Shown: positions 63,426-64,000 of the stretch, piece by piece
How positions within the stretch are numbered: position 1 is the stretch's first letter
Layout of the letters: each line of letters begins with the position of its first letter
Assembly (NCBI GenBank): GCA_001595915.1
Contig: LSSG01000032.1
Location: 23,142 to 87,141, forward strand
Length of the DNA: 64,000 nt
Source of the DNA: Thermoplasmatales archaeon SG8-52-3
GTDB taxonomy: Archaea; Thermoplasmatota; E2; DHVEG-1
Reading direction: 5' to 3'
Notes under the pieces: generated by a model
What the model was told of the DNA's origin: nothing
The model's database searches: none
Seen by the model: only the letters and a program-made list of their open reading frames with translations
Made by a program: the position numbers and the translations under genes

Positions 63426-63766
63426 TCTTGTTCCCTCCCAATTTTATGTGCATCTAATGTGTTGTAATGTCTATATAAATGAATAATAAGTGACAACATT
63501 AAGGCAAGAACAGCGACACCAATAACAATACTTGTTAGTGTTAATGCATGGGGAACAGGTAGAGACATAATTTGATTTTGACCTTCACGATAGATTGGTG
63601 CTATGCTACCTTCTCTAAAAGCAAGTGTGATTAAAAAAAGGTTTACACCATTTTCAATAAGTGTGATACCAATTACAATTTTTATTAGATTTCGCTTAAA
63701 TATTACAGCGTAAAGACCAATTAATATCAATGCAGCTACTGCAATGTAGGGAATATTATAAATCAT
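63422..63766 (-). CDS. Mrp antiporter subunit C / MbhG / NuoK-like subunit
   Basis: 114 aa. LIGLYAVIFKRNLIKIVIGITLIENGVNLFLI and PHALTLTSIVIGVAV are typical of MnhC. Confidence 0.75.
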   Translation of the reverse strand: MIYNIPYIAVAALILIGLYAVIFKRNLIKIVIGITLIENGVNLFLITLAFREGSIAPIYREGQNQIMSLPVPHALTLTSIVIGVAVLALMLSLIIHLYRHYNTLDAHKIGREQE

Positions 63767-63767
63767 T

Positions 63768-64000
63768 TTATTTTCCCTCCTTTATTCTTGTTGCATATGC
63801 CATAACAAGAACGATTGCAAAAAGTCCTGCAATAACCTTCAATCCAACTGCAAAGTTCATAAGAGGTATAACTCCCGCTGTATTGATATTTGCAAGTCCA
63901 GCACCTATTTCATTAAATAATGGGATTTCATTTTGATTTATTAAAAAATTATTGAAGAAATTTCCTTGAAAACTTGAGTAAATAAAGACCATTAATATAC
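63768..64000 (-). CDS. MnhB/MbhF-like membrane subunit (possibly truncated by the window edge)
   Basis: The reading frame stays open from ATG 63992 up to the window end, so the 74-aa track ORF may be only a C-terminal part. It has hydrophobic C-terminal helices and is tightly coupled to the MnhC-like gene. Confidence 0.35.
   Translation of the reverse strand, partial: ILMVFIYSSFQGNFFNNFLINQNEIPLFNEIGAGLANINTAGVIPLMNFAVGLKVIAGLFAIVLVMAYATRIKEGK

Noticed and set aside
1-64000. Looked for CRISPR arrays, rRNA/tRNA genes, transposases, integrases, phage genes, toxin-antitoxin pairs and known defence-system signatures.
   Set aside because: There are no regularly spaced direct repeats beyond the 3 x 10-bp element. 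No GC-rich cloverleaf-compatible segments were found. No DDE/tyrosine-recombinase/serine-recombinase motifs or nuclease/ATPase pairs typical of defence islands were recognised. The RHH-zinc-ribbon gene has no adjacent toxin-like partner.

Overview
This is an AT-rich archaeal chromosomal segment (GC roughly one third, judged by eye) with about 70 tightly packed protein genes. I recognised no rRNA, tRNA, CRISPR array, transposase or integrase. The archaeal assignment rests on five things: an archaeal-type mevalonate operon (mvk, UbiD-type decarboxylase, AcnX-type dehydratase subunits), Trm1, an archaeal/eukaryal-type TyrRS, an archaeosortase-like gene fused into an operon with archaetidylserine synthase and decarboxylase homologs, and Mrp/Mbh-type membrane subunits. 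An Asgard/Lokiarchaeial-like origin is plausible but cannot be shown from this window. Layout: 0-3.3 kb holds mirrored flippase-like/methyltransferase pairs. 3.5-7.6 kb holds the mevalonate operon. 9.2-13.5 kb holds carAB. 14.1-18.6 kb holds an HD / CitF-like / citryl-CoA-lyase-like / fused aconitase-family operon. 19.8-24.8 kb holds a nine-gene minus-strand array with two YbjQ paralogs, small membrane and zinc-ribbon proteins, a lipoprotein hydrolase and an ABC exporter. 27-47 kb is an accessory-looking island of secreted/surface proteins, regulators, a B12-radical-SAM enzyme and a second ABC system. 47-57 kb is housekeeping (tyrS, purB, arsM-like, folP, folC, purN, trm1, THEP1-type NTPase). 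58-64 kb holds a pssA-psd-archaeosortase-like operon directly downstream of Mrp/Mbh-like membrane subunits. The main hunt result is that five otherwise unrelated signal-peptide proteins end in the same ~25-aa tail, with core [LF]-[FL]-[EDQ]-[RQ]-F preceded by a basic patch and an Asn. This tail is unlike the PGF-CTERM-type tripartite signals, and the window also carries an archaeosortase-like/psd/pssA operon. Together they look like a candidate, possibly undescribed, C-terminal protein sorting or anchoring system. Secondary leads are an ACP-independent CitF plus citrate-synthase-fold lyase module, an LpdD-like small gene inside the archaeal mevalonate operon, an AcnX gene whose conserved N-terminus lies upstream of any canonical start codon, two GC-rich structured intergenic elements, and an operator-like 3 x 10-bp repeat.
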